DNA of 64,000 bases from an uncultured Bacillota bacterium (GTDB lineage Bacteria > Sysuimicrobiota > Sysuimicrobiia > Sysuimicrobiales > Segetimicrobiaceae): the NCBI GenBank assembly GCA_963804645.1, contig CAWDRG010000009.1, forward strand, positions 448,001 to 512,000, read 5' to 3'. The position numbers and the translations under genes were made by a program. Under the pieces are notes generated by a model. The model ran no database searches, was not told where the DNA came from, and worked only from the letters and a program-made list of their open reading frames with translations. Shown here piece by piece: positions 1 through 10,001 of this stretch (positions within the stretch are counted from its first letter, which is position 1; each line of letters begins with the position of its first letter).

Positions 1-276
1 GGCGGCGGGGAGTCGCTGGTCGCGCTGCAGGCGCGCGGGCTCGACACGGTCCGGCAGATTGTGGCGCGCCATCCGTGCGGGACGGTCGCGGTGGTCGCGC
101 ACGGCGGGCTCAACAAGACGATTCTGCTGGCGCTGCTCGGCGCGCCGCTCGGTCGCTACTGGACGATCCGCCAGGACAACGGCGCGATCAACGTGCTCGA
201 GTTTGACGCGCGCGGTGCGCGCGTCCAGCTGCTCAACGAGACGGCGCATCTGCGGGCGTCGTCTGCGGCCCCGTAG
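1..276 (+). CDS. Histidine phosphatase family protein (CobC/GpmB-like), 5'-truncated by window edge
   Basis: Frame 1 open from base 1: GGGESLVALQAR...VAVVAHGG...QDNGAINVLEF...LNETAHL, typical C-terminal half of the family. Confidence 0.85.
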   Translation, partial: GGGESLVALQARGLDTVRQIVARHPCGTVAVVAHGGLNKTILLALLGAPLGRYWTIRQDNGAINVLEFDARGARVQLLNETAHLRASSAAP

Positions 277-1531
277 GGAACGGGAGAAACGCCAGCAGCG
301 CCAGCAGCGTACAGCCCCCGGCGATCAGCGGGATCAAACGGAGCCCGATGCTGTTGGCGGGGGTGTAGCCGAGCGTGAGCAGCAGGCCGAGCGCGACGGA
401 GGCCGCGGCCGAGGCGGCGTTGAGGATGAGCCCCTGGACGGCGTAGTACATGGCTTCGCGCGCCTCGTGGGTGCGCGTGCGGTCGGCCTCCGCGATGTCC
501 GCGAGCAGGGCGTTCGGCAGGACGAGCAGTCCAGCGAGCGGGGCTGCGGCGAGTACGACCAGCACGTACCCTTGGACGCCGGGGGCGAACGGCAGGCCCC
601 GCAGGCCGATCACGCCGATCAGGGGGACGATCACCGACGCCGCGCCCAGGGTCCACCGGAGCGCCCGGACGGTGCCCACCGCCCGGGTCAGCCGCGTGAG
701 CAGTGGAAAGACGGCGAGGGTGCACGCGAATGTCACCCCGAGCACCGGTCCGATATTGTCCTGCTGCATCAGCACGTTGATGACATACACGATCGACGAG
801 TTCACCATGCTCGTGCCGAGCCAGAGGAGCGTGAGGGTCAGCACGTAGATGCGGAACGCCCGGTCGCCAAGGACGGCGGTCACCTCGGACCAAAACGCCG
901 GCGGGGCCGCGTCGGCGGTCGCCGACGGTTCGCGCACGCCCGCCACGACCAGCCACAGCATGGCGAGACCGGCGAGGCCCACCACGCCCCCCATCGTCGC
1001 GAACCCCCCGTGTTTGATGAGCCACTCAGATGCCAGCACGACGACGCCGAAGCCGCCGATCGACGCGGCCGCCTGCCATGACGCGACCGCGACGCGGCCG
1101 CGGCCGCCGGGCGTGATGTCGGGCAGCAGCGCCGCGTACGGGTTCATCGTCAGCGAGAAGAAGAAGTAGAACCCGACCAGCACCGCGAGCACGTAGAGAA
1201 ACAACGCGGTCCCGGACCACGGGGGCGGCACCCACAGCAGCATGTAGCAGCAGGCCAGCAGCGGCGCGCCCACGGCGATGAACGGGCGGCGGCGGCCCCA
1301 CGGCGTCCGCACGCGGTCGCTCCAGAACGCCGTCGGAGGATTGCTGAACGCGTTGACGACGCGGCCGCCCCCGAGCGCGAGGCCCATGAGGAACGGCGTG
1401 AGCCGCGCCGTGCCGTTGGGGGGCAAGTAAAAGTAGACCGCCCACAGGACGATCGTCTGCAGCATCATGCTGGCGCCGAACGCACCGGCGCTGTAGAGGG
1501 CGGGCCGGGTCGGCCGGAGCGTTGGGTCCAC
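233..1531 (-). CDS. MFS transporter, GPH/MelB-like
   Basis: 432 aa with many hydrophobic segments; SDRVRTPWGRRRPFI loop motif. Confidence 0.85.
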   Translation of the reverse strand: MDPTLRPTRPALYSAGAFGASMMLQTIVLWAVYFYLPPNGTARLTPFLMGLALGGGRVVNAFSNPPTAFWSDRVRTPWGRRRPFIAVGAPLLACCYMLLWVPPPWSGTALFLYVLAVLVGFYFFFSLTMNPYAALLPDITPGGRGRVAVASWQAAASIGGFGVVVLASEWLIKHGGFATMGGVVGLAGLAMLWLVVAGVREPSATADAAPPAFWSEVTAVLGDRAFRIYVLTLTLLWLGTSMVNSSIVYVINVLMQQDNIGPVLGVTFACTLAVFPLLTRLTRAVGTVRALRWTLGAASVIVPLIGVIGLRGLPFAPGVQGYVLVVLAAAPLAGLLVLPNALLADIAEADRTRTHEAREAMYYAVQGLILNAASAAASVALGLLLTLGYTPANSIGLRLIPLIAGGCTLLALLAFLPFPTGPQTTPADAPSR

Positions 1532-1535
1532 CGGG

Positions 1536-2114
1536 TTAGCGCGTGAAGATCGGGAGCGTCCCCAGGGAGATCAACTCGGGGTCCTGGTACCCGCCCTCCT
1601 CAAGCAAGACGGCCGCGCGCGCCACGACCTGCGCGCCGACGCGGCGCAGCAGATCGTCGACCGCACGGAGGCTGCCGCCGGTGCTGACGACGTCGTCCAC
1701 CACGGCGACCCGCGCGCCGCTGAGTCGCGAGGCTTCCGCGCCGTCGAGCACGAGGGTCTGTACGCCCGCCGTCGTGATCGACTGGACGTTCACGGTGAGC
1801 GGGTTCTTCATGTACCCCTTCACGCTCTTGCGGCAGACGACGTACGGGAAGTACCGTCCGCTCTGCGGGTCCGAGAGGTACGTCGCGACCATGTGCGCGA
1901 GCGGCAGCGCCTTGGCCTCCACCGACACCACGTACTCGAAGCGAAACGCCCGGAGCCGTTCGGCGAGCAGCCGGGCGCTGAGGTTCGTCAGTTCGACGTC
2001 GCCCCACAGCACGAACGCCGCGATCCACAGCGAATCGGTGATCGGCACGACGGGAAGTCGGCGGCGTAGTCCCGCGACGGTGATCTCGTACGTCTCCTGT
2101 CCTTCGTACTTCAT
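1536..2114 (-). CDS. Type I phosphoribosyltransferase (adenine PRTase-like)
   Basis: PRPP-binding motif VAVVDDVVSTGGSL; EAKALPLAH; GGAGGGG RBS before the ATG at 2114. Confidence 0.85.
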   Translation of the reverse strand: MKYEGQETYEITVAGLRRRLPVVPITDSLWIAAFVLWGDVELTNLSARLLAERLRAFRFEYVVSVEAKALPLAHMVATYLSDPQSGRYFPYVVCRKSVKGYMKNPLTVNVQSITTAGVQTLVLDGAEASRLSGARVAVVDDVVSTGGSLRAVDDLLRRVGAQVVARAAVLLEEGGYQDPELISLGTLPIFTR

Positions 2115-2207
2115 GCGCGTCCCCTCCCGCGTGGCCAGGGTGCGACACTCCTCTTCGGGTACGGGTGCCGCTGCCCCTGTGCCGGGCGGGCCGAGCGCGC
2201 CGGTCGC

Positions 2208-2236
2208 TTGTGCTGGCACAGAGGCGTCCTTATAAT
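2208..2236 (+). promoter_or_regulatory. Sigma70-type promoter of the shikimate operon
   Basis: TTGTGC (2208-2213), 17 nt, TATAAT (2231-2236), upstream of the GGGGAGG RBS and ATG 2261. Confidence 0.65.
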
Positions 2237-2260
2237 TGGGGGGACGCACGCGGGGGAGGC

Positions 2261-3153
2261 ATGACACGGGGATCGACGCGGCGACCACGGTCGTCGGGGT
2301 CATCGGAGGCGCGGCCCGGGGAAGCCTGTCCCCGCGGATGCACAACGCGGCGTTCGCGGCGCTCGAATTGAACTGGTGCTACGTGGCGTTTCCGGTGCCG
2401 CGGGAGGGCCTGGAGGACGCCGTGCGCGGGCTGGCGCCGCTTGGGATCGCCGGTGCCAACGTCACGGTGCCGCATAAGGAAGCCGTGCTCGCCTACCTGG
2501 ATGAGACCACCGAGGATGCGCGCGCGATCGGCGCGGTGAACACCGTACGCGTCGACGGCGGCCGCCTCGTCGGGCACAACACGGACGGTACCGGCATGCT
2601 CGACGCCCTCCGCCGCGACGGCGGCGCCGCCGTCGCGGCAGCGCGGGCGGTGATCGTGGGCGCCGGCGGCGCCGCGCGCGGCGCCGCGTTCGCGCTCGCC
2701 GGCGGCGGGGCCGGGTCCGTGGTGATCGCCAACCGCAATTGGGATCGCGCGGCCGAGCTGGCCGAGCGCGTGCGCCGCTTCGCCCCGGCCTGCACGGTCG
2801 AGGCGGTGCCGCTCGACGGCCCGGGCCTGGCGAGCGCCCTGCGCGATGCGGATCTGCTGATCCAGGCCACGACCGTCGGCGCCGGCGCGCAGCGCGGAAT
2901 CTCCCCGGTGGCGCCCGGCGGGCTCCACCGCGGGCTGCTGGTGATGGACATGGTCTACGAGCCGCGCGAAACGGCGCTGCTGCGCGATGCGCGCGCGAGG
3001 GGCTGCCGCACGCTCGGCGGGCTCGCGATGCTCGCGTACCAAGGCGCCCGGGCGTTCGAGATCTGGACCGGGCGTCCGGCGCCGGTGGACGTGATGCGCG
3101 AGGCGCTCGGCCTGCCGCGCGAGCGGATCGCCGAAGATCGTACGGGGCGGTGA
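2261..3153 (+). CDS. aroE: Shikimate dehydrogenase; the RBS-linked ATG is out of frame by one base in a G run
   Basis: [36 protein letters not shown] motifs. Confidence 0.93.
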
Positions 3154-3157
3154 GACG

Positions 3158-4288
3158 ATGCTGCGCTTCCTGACCGCGGGTGAGTCGCACGGGCGGGGGC
3201 TCGTGGTGATCGTGGAGGGCATGCCGGCGGGCGTGCCCCTGTCCGAGGACGAGATCAACGTCCAACTCGCCCGGCGCCAGCAGGGCTACGGCCGCGGCGG
3301 CCGGATGCAGATTGAGAAGGATCGCGCCGAGATCCACTCCGGCGTCATGAGCGGCACGACGATCGGCGCGCCGATCGGGCTCGCGATCGCGAACAAGGAC
3401 TGGCGCAGAGACGAGCCGCCGATTACCCGCCCGCGTCCCGGCCACGCGGATCTTGTGGGCGCGCTCAAGTACCACTTCAACGACGTGCGCCGCGTCCTTG
3501 AACGGTCCAGCGCCCGGGAGACGACGGCGCGGGTGGCCGCCGGGGCGGTGGCCCGAGCGCTCCTGTCGCAGTTCGGGATCGCGCTCGCCAGCCACGTCGT
3601 GGAGCTGGGCGGGATTTCCGCGACCCGGCGCCCCGAGCGGCCCGAAGAGATCTCGGCCGCCGCCGAGGCCTCGCCGCTGCGCTGCGTCGACCCCGAGGCG
3701 GAATCGACGATGGTGGCCGCGATCGACGCGGCGCGCGAGCGGGGCGACACGCTCGGCGGCGTGTTCGAGGTCGTCGTGACCGGCGTGCCGGTGGGCCTCG
3801 GCACGTACGTGCAGTGGGACCGGCGTCTCGACGGGCGTCTCGCGCAGGCGATGATGTCGATCAACGCGATGAAGGGCGTCGAGATCGGCCGGGGGTTTGA
3901 GGAGGCCAGGCTGCCCGGGTCCGCCGCGCACGACGAGATCTTTTATGACGCCGACCGGGGATTCTACCGCGAGAGCAATCAGGCCGGCGGCACCGAGGGC
4001 GGGATGACCACGGGTGAGCCGCTCGTCGTCCGCGTGGCGATGAAGCCGCTCAGCACGCTGCGCAGCCCGCTCGCCTCCGTCGATCTCGTCACGAAGGAGC
4101 GCGTCGAGGCGGCCGTGGTCCGCAGTGACGTCACGGCCGTGCCCGCGGCGGGCGTGATCGGCGAGGCGATGGCGGCGCTCGTGCTCGCGGACGCCATGAC
4201 GGAGAAGTTCGGAGCCGACAGCCTCGAGGAAATGCGCCAGGCCTACGAGGCGCACCGGCGGTGGCTGCGCACGGGGCCGGAGGCCTGA
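3158..4288 (+). CDS. aroC: Chorismate synthase
   Basis: [47 protein letters not shown]. Confidence 0.97.
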   Translation: MLRFLTAGESHGRGLVVIVEGMPAGVPLSEDEINVQLARRQQGYGRGGRMQIEKDRAEIHSGVMSGTTIGAPIGLAIANKDWRRDEPPITRPRPGHADLVGALKYHFNDVRRVLERSSARETTARVAAGAVARALLSQFGIALASHVVELGGISATRRPERPEEISAAAEASPLRCVDPEAESTMVAAIDAARERGDTLGGVFEVVVTGVPVGLGTYVQWDRRLDGRLAQAMMSINAMKGVEIGRGFEEARLPGSAAHDEIFYDADRGFYRESNQAGGTEGGMTTGEPLVVRVAMKPLSTLRSPLASVDLVTKERVEAAVVRSDVTAVPAAGVIGEAMAALVLADAMTEKFGADSLEEMRQAYEAHRRWLRTGPEA

Positions 4289-4289
4289 T

Positions 4290-5943
4290 GTGCCCGTGCG
4301 CCACAACGTCGTGCTCATCGGGTTTATGGGCACGGGCAAGACCGCGGTCGGGCGCGCGCTGGCGGCGCGCCTCGGACTGGCGTTCGTCGACACCGACGCG
4401 GTCGTCGAGGAGCGCGCCGGACGGCCCGTCGCGCGCATCTTCGCGGAGGACGGCGAGGAGCGGTTTCGCCGGTTGGAGTCGGAGGCCGTCGCCTCGGCCG
4501 GGGATCGCGAAGGGGCGGTCATCTCCACCGGCGGCGGCGTCGTCCTTCGGCCGGAGAACATGGCGCGCCTGCGGCGGCGGGGGATGGTCGTGGCGCTGCG
4601 CGCCGCGCCCGAGGCGATCGTCGCCCGCGTCGGCGCCGGCGCCGACCGGCCGCTGCTCGGGGATCACCCCGAGGAGCGCGTCCGCCGGCTCTTGGAGGAA
4701 CGCGGCCCGCTGTACCAGGATGCCGATCTCGTGGTCGACACCTCCAACCTCTCCGCGGACGAGATCGCGCGCTGCATCGAGGCGTTCGCGATGACGTGGA
4801 AGGGTGCCGCCCCGTCGGGGCCGTCCGCCGCCACGGCCGTGCCCGTCGAGACCGTCCGCGTGAACGTGGGTCCGCGCGGCTACGAGGTGCGCATCGGCAC
4901 GGGCCTGCTGCGTGGGATCGGCGCGGACCTGCGGCGGTGCGGGGTGGCCGGGAAGATCGCGGTGCTCACGCATCCGCGCCTCCGCGCGCTGTACGGCGGC
5001 GCGCTCGTCGCCTCGCTCGAGGGCGAAGGGTACGAGGTCGCCACGGTCGAGGTCGCGCCGTCGGAGGCCAGCAAGAGCCTCCGCGTGGCGTCCCGCGTGT
5101 ACGATGCGCTGCTCGACGCAAGGCTCGACCGCGCGTCCGCGCTCGTCGTCCTCGGGGGCGGGGTCGCGGGCGATCTCGGGGGGTTTGTGGCGGCGACGTT
5201 TCTCCGCGGCATCGCGTGGGCCGCGGTCCCGACGACGCTGCTCGGGCAGGTCGACGCCGCGATCGGCGGCAAGACCGCCGTGAACCACCCGCGCGGCAAG
5301 AATCTGATCGGCGCGGTGTATCAGCCCGCCCTCGTCGTGGCCGACATCGACACGCTCGCGACCCTGCCGCTGCGCGAAGTGCGGTCCGGGATGGCGGAAG
5401 TGATCAAGACCGGGGTCATCGGCGCGCCCGATCTGTTCACGTACCTGGAGGAGCACGTGCGCGCGGTGCTGCGGCGGCGGGCCGACGCGCTCGCGTGGGT
5501 CGTCGGGCGGTGCGCGGCGTACAAGGCGCAGATCGTCGCCGGCGACGAACGCGAGGAGGCCGGGCGCATCGTGCTCAACTACGGCCATACGATCGGCCAC
5601 GGCATCGAGGCCGCCGCAGGGTACCGCGGGCTGACGCACGGCGAGGCGGTCGCCGTGGGGATGACGCTCGAGGCCGCGATCGCGGTGCGGCTCGGCGTCG
5701 CGGACGCCGCGGTCCTCGAGCGCCAGACGGCGCTGCTGCGCCGCGCCGGGCTGCCGACCCGCTTGTCGGAGCTCCGCCTGCGGCGTCCCCCGCAGGCGGC
5801 GGCGGTCGCCCAGGCGATGACACACGACAAGAAGGCCCGCGTCCGGACGCCTGCGGTTCGTACTGCCGGCCGCGATCGGCCAGACGGTGGTGCGCGACGA
5901 CGTGCCCGCGCGGCTTCTCGAGGAGGTGCTCGGCGATGGCTAG
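4290..5943 (+). CDS. aroKB: Shikimate kinase / 3-dehydroquinate synthase fusion, with a 1-nt indel near 5841
   Basis: N-terminal [18 protein letters not shown] (AroK); C-terminal [36 protein letters not shown] (AroB); after DKKAR a shifted frame reads [13 protein letters not shown]...LLEEVLGDG* (TAG 5941-5943). Confidence 0.92.
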
Positions 5944-6379
5944 GGTGCTGGTGATCCACGGCCCCAACCTCAACCTACTGGGCCGCCGCGAGCCGGACGT
6001 CTACGGGACGGTGACGCTGGCCGAGATCGACCGCCGCCTCCAGACGCTCGCCGGCGAGATCGGCGCCGAGGTCGAGACGTTTCAGTCGAACCACGAGGGC
6101 GCGATTCTCGACCGCCTGCACGAGGCGCCGGGACGGTACGACGCGGTGGTCCTCAACGCCGGGGCGCTCACGCACTACAGCATCGCGCTGCGGGACGCGA
6201 TCGCCGCGATCGCGGTGCCGGTCATCGAAGTGCATCTGTCGAACGTACACGCGCGCGAGCGGTTTCGACACCGGTCGGTGATCGCCGCGGTCGTTGCCGG
6301 ACAGATCGCGGGCTTCGGCGCGGACAGCTACCTGCTGGGGCTGCGCGCCGCGGTGGCGCTCGGGCGTCCGACCCGCTGA
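5936..6379 (+). CDS. aroQ: Type II 3-dehydroquinate dehydratase
   Basis: [43 protein letters not shown]. Confidence 0.97.
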   Translation: MARVLVIHGPNLNLLGRREPDVYGTVTLAEIDRRLQTLAGEIGAEVETFQSNHEGAILDRLHEAPGRYDAVVLNAGALTHYSIALRDAIAAIAVPVIEVHLSNVHARERFRHRSVIAAVVAGQIAGFGADSYLLGLRAAVALGRPTR

Positions 6380-6461
6380 CGCGCGGCGCGGGAGAGGACG
6401 GACGAAGCTCCCGTCGAAGCACGGGAAGGTCCCGCCGCCGGCGCGGATCGAGGAGGACACG

Positions 6462-6833
6462 ATGCGGTTCCACGGCATCCGCGGCGCGATCACCGTCGAG
6501 GCCAACACGTCCCAGGCGATCCTCGACGCCACCCTGGGACTGCTCCGGCGCATGACCGCCGTCAACGACATCGAGGTGGACGACATCGCCAGCGTGATTT
6601 TCTCGATGACCCCCGACCTGAACGCCGTGTTTCCCGCGGAGGCGGGCCGCCAGTTGCCCGGATGGAGGCAGGTGCCGCTGATGTGCATGCAGGAGATCCC
6701 GGTGCCGGGAGCGCTCGAGCGCTGCGTACGCGTGCTGATGCTCGTCAACACCACGAGAACAATCGACGAGATCCATCACGTGTACCTCGGCGGCGCCATA
6801 CAGCTGCGCCCCGATCTGGTCCCGCGGTCGTGA
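6462..6833 (+). CDS. aroH: Chorismate mutase, AroH class
   Basis: GIRGAITV, FSMTPDLNAVFPA, VPLMCMQEIPVPG, HVYLGGAIQLRPDL; AGGAGG RBS. Confidence 0.95.
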   Translation: MRFHGIRGAITVEANTSQAILDATLGLLRRMTAVNDIEVDDIASVIFSMTPDLNAVFPAEAGRQLPGWRQVPLMCMQEIPVPGALERCVRVLMLVNTTRTIDEIHHVYLGGAIQLRPDLVPRS

Positions 6834-8110
6834 CGCCGCTCGTCGTCACGGCGCGGGCGCCCCTCCGCGGCGTGATCCGCGTCCCTGGAGACAAATCGAT
6901 CTCGCACCGGGCGGCGCTGCTCGGCGGCATCGCCTCCGGCACGACCACCGTGGACGGGTTTCTCCGCGGCGAGGACTGTCTCGCGACGGTCGGGTGCCTG
7001 CGCGCCATGGGCGTGCGCGTCGACGACGACGGCACGCGCCTGGTGATCCACGGGGGCGCGCTGGCCGAGCCGGCGGACGTGCTCGACGTCGGCAACTCCG
7101 GCACGACGATCCGGCTGCTGTCCGGGATCCTCGCCGGTCAGCCGTTCCACAGTGTGGTCACGGGGGACGCGAGTATCCGCCGACGACCGATGGACCGCGT
7201 CGCGACGCCGCTGCGCCGCATGGGCGCGCGCATCGGCGGCCGGCAGGGCGGGCGGCTCGCGCCGCTGGCGATTGACGGCGGCGGCCTCAAGGCGATCGCG
7301 TACGAAACGCCGGTGGCGAGCGCGCAGGTGAAGTCGGCGGTGCTGCTGGCCGGATTGTTCGCGGACGGCGAGACCGTCGTGCGGGAGCCGTCCCAGAGCC
7401 GGGATCATACGGAGCGGATGCTGGTCGGGTTCGGCGTGCCGGTCCTCCGCGACGGCCTCGCCGTCCGGCTGCGCGGACCCGCGCGGCTCACCGGGACGGC
7501 GCTGCGCGTGCCGGGAGACCTGTCCTCGGCCGCGTTCTTCCTAGTCGCCGCGGCGCTCGTGCCCGGGTCCGAGCTCACGGTCGAAGACGTCGGCCTGAAC
7601 CCCACGCGCACCGGGGTGCTCGACGTGCTCGAGCAGATGGGCGCGCATGTCCGTGTGCACGGGCGGCGCGAGGAGGGCGGCGAGCCCGTCGGCACCGTGA
7701 CGATCCGCGCGTCGCGCCTGCGGGGCACGGTGATCGGCGGGACGATGATTCCGCGGGCGATCGACGAGCTGCCGGTGATCGCGGTCGCCGCGTGCCTCGC
7801 CGAGGGCGAGACCGTGATCCGAGACGCCGCGGAGCTGCGCGTCAAGGAATCCGACCGCATCGCCTCGCTCGCGCGCGAGCTCGGAGCGCTTGGGGCGAAG
7901 GTCGAGCCGCGGCCCGACGGCCTCGCGATCGTCGGCGTGCCGCGCCTGCACGGCGGCCGCGTGTCAAGCGGCGGCGATCACCGGATCGCCATGGCGATGG
8001 CGGTCGCGGCTCTGTGCGCCGACGGCCCGGTGGAGATCGACGATCCGGCCTGCATCCAGACGTCGTTTCCGGAGTTCGAAGAGACCCTCCACCGCGTGGC
8101 CGCCGGGTGA
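6830..8110 (+). CDS. aroA: EPSP synthase
   Basis: PGDKSISHR, GNSGTTIRL, ASAQVKSA, RDHTERML, ELRVKESDRI, DHRIAM. Confidence 0.97.
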   Translation: MTPLVVTARAPLRGVIRVPGDKSISHRAALLGGIASGTTTVDGFLRGEDCLATVGCLRAMGVRVDDDGTRLVIHGGALAEPADVLDVGNSGTTIRLLSGILAGQPFHSVVTGDASIRRRPMDRVATPLRRMGARIGGRQGGRLAPLAIDGGGLKAIAYETPVASAQVKSAVLLAGLFADGETVVREPSQSRDHTERMLVGFGVPVLRDGLAVRLRGPARLTGTALRVPGDLSSAAFFLVAAALVPGSELTVEDVGLNPTRTGVLDVLEQMGAHVRVHGRREEGGEPVGTVTIRASRLRGTVIGGTMIPRAIDELPVIAVAACLAEGETVIRDAAELRVKESDRIASLARELGALGAKVEPRPDGLAIVGVPRLHGGRVSSGGDHRIAMAMAVAALCADGPVEIDDPACIQTSFPEFEETLHRVAAG

Positions 8111-8865
8111 TCTACGACCTGCCGCACGTCCTGTTCGTGGCGGTCGTCGTCTGCGTCGCCGCCACGGTCAAGGGCACGGTGGGGTTCGGGTTTCCGCTGA
8201 TCGCGATTCCCGTCCTCTCGGCCGTGTTCGGGCCGCGCTTCGCGATCCCGGTCGTCGTCCCGGCCACGCTCATCAGCAATACGATCCTCGTCAGCCGGGG
8301 CGGCGGCGCCGGGACCGGGTCCGTGGCCCCGTTCGTTCTGACGATCGCCGCGCTCGCGGTCGGGACGGTCGGGGGCGCGGTGCTGATGCACGGCCTGAAC
8401 GCGGGCGTGCTGGAGATCCTCGTTGGGGCGATGTCGCTTCTGTACGTCGTGACGACGGCCTTTCGCCTCACCGAGTCCATCCCGCCGATTGCCGGGCGCC
8501 GGGCGGCCCCGGTCGTCGGGCTGGTGACGGGGCTGCTCGGCGGGTCAACGGGGATCTTCTCGCCGGTCCTGGCGAGCTATCTCCACATGCTGCGGCTCGA
8601 CAAGCGGGCGTTCGTGTTTTGGATCACGATGATGTTTTTCGCAGGGAACGTGGTGCAGGCCGTGAGCTACTTCAAGCTCGGGCTCTACGGCGGGACGGTG
8701 CTCGGGACGGCGCTGCTCGCCTGCGTGCCGATGGCGATCGGGACGTGGCTCGGCCTCGTGCTCCAGGAACGCCTCCATCCCGTCGTCTTCAGCCGCGTCG
8801 TCCTGGTCCTGGTGTGTCTGACCTCGATCAACCTGATCGTGCAAGGCGTGCTCGCGCGCGGGTAG
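8107..8865 (+). CDS. Sulfite exporter TauE/SafE family protein
   Basis: VKGTVGFGFPLI and GLLGGSTGI motifs; about 8 hydrophobic helices. Confidence 0.8.
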   Translation: MIYDLPHVLFVAVVVCVAATVKGTVGFGFPLIAIPVLSAVFGPRFAIPVVVPATLISNTILVSRGGGAGTGSVAPFVLTIAALAVGTVGGAVLMHGLNAGVLEILVGAMSLLYVVTTAFRLTESIPPIAGRRAAPVVGLVTGLLGGSTGIFSPVLASYLHMLRLDKRAFVFWITMMFFAGNVVQAVSYFKLGLYGGTVLGTALLACVPMAIGTWLGLVLQERLHPVVFSRVVLVLVCLTSINLIVQGVLARG

Positions 8866-8893
8866 CGCCGCCGCGCACGACCGGAGGGACCGG

Positions 8894-10000
8894 TTACCGC
8901 AGCTGGCCGCGCCCCAGGAGCGGCCAGACCACCTCGACGCGGCCGTCCCGGATCCCGTACACCTCGTCGTGCAGGTGCACGGTCGTGTCCGAGTACCCCA
9001 CCACAAACTCGACTTTGTCGCCCACCCGAATCGAGGTGTCGGGCTCGCTCAGCTCGAGCTTCGCGTGCTCGGCCGACAGCCCCACCCGCGTGACGTGCGG
9101 CACGCCGATCGGTTCGGGGACGGCCGCGTCGCTGCTCATGGTTTTCTTGCCGGCGTCGCAGATGATGCGCGTCGGCGTCGGGCGGCTCGTCACGGTGGCC
9201 AGCACGGTGAGCGCGTATTCATGGTCCACGCCCATCCGCGTCCGGTAGAGCACGTCTCCGAGGATCCCGCCGCCGGCCTGAATCTCGGTGACGCCCGGCA
9301 CCTCCGCGGTGATCGCGTACGTGCCGGTGCCTCCGCAGCTGACGATCTCGATCGGCAGGTCCGCGTCCCGGCAGCGCCGGGCCGAGTCCACGAGGAGACC
9401 GACCGCCTCGTGGATCGTCCGCCGCTTCTCGTCGGGGTCGGCGATCGCGACCGCGTGCGCCTCCCACGCCATCACCCCGGCGAGGCGCAGCCCCTCGCAC
9501 TGATGCACGAGGCCGGCGAGGCGGACGGTCGCGTCGCCCGGCTCCACGCCCGCGCGGTTCATGCCGACGTTGACCTCGACCAGGACGCGAAGGCGGACGC
9601 CCTTCGCGCGCGCCGCGGCGTCGAGCGCGCGGACGTTCTGCTCGCTGTCCACCGCGACGATGATGTCGGCGTGCGGCAGCAGGTTCACGAGCCGCGCGAT
9701 CTTTTGGTCTCCGACGATCTGGTTGGCGATGAGGATGTCGCGGATGCCGCCCGCGGCCATGACCTCGGCCTCCCCGAGCTTCGCACAGGTGACGCCGTGG
9801 GCGCCGGCCCGCAGCAGGATGTGGGCGAGCGCGGGGGTCTTGAGCGCTTTGGTGTGCGGCCGCCAGCCGACCCCGGCCCGGCGGAACGTCCCGGCCATGC
9901 GTGCGATGTTGCGATCCATCGTGGGGAGATCGAGCAGCAGCGCCGGCGTGTCGAGCTCCCGCTTCGGCCGTCCCACGGCCCAGGTCTGCATCGGGGACAT
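8894..10000 (-). CDS. DSD1-family PLP-dependent enzyme (D-threonine aldolase / D-serine dehydratase-like)
   Basis: LDTPALLLD, WRPHTKALK (PLP lysine), CAKLGEAEVM, GGTGTY, DAGKKT, SAEH. Confidence 0.88.
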   Translation of the reverse strand: MSPMQTWAVGRPKRELDTPALLLDLPTMDRNIARMAGTFRRAGVGWRPHTKALKTPALAHILLRAGAHGVTCAKLGEAEVMAAGGIRDILIANQIVGDQKIARLVNLLPHADIIVAVDSEQNVRALDAAARAKGVRLRVLVEVNVGMNRAGVEPGDATVRLAGLVHQCEGLRLAGVMAWEAHAVAIADPDEKRRTIHEAVGLLVDSARRCRDADLPIEIVSCGGTGTYAITAEVPGVTEIQAGGGILGDVLYRTRMGVDHEYALTVLATVTSRPTPTRIICDAGKKTMSSDAAVPEPIGVPHVTRVGLSAEHAKLELSEPDTSIRVGDKVEFVVGYSDTTVHLHDEVYGIRDGRVEVVWPLLGRGQLR

Positions 10001-10001
10001 T

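Noticed and set aside
2140..2215. ZTP (pfl) riboswitch upstream of the PRTase gene
   Set aside because: GCGACCGGCG and GCCCGCCCGGC resemble parts of it, but the P1/P2 region between them is missing
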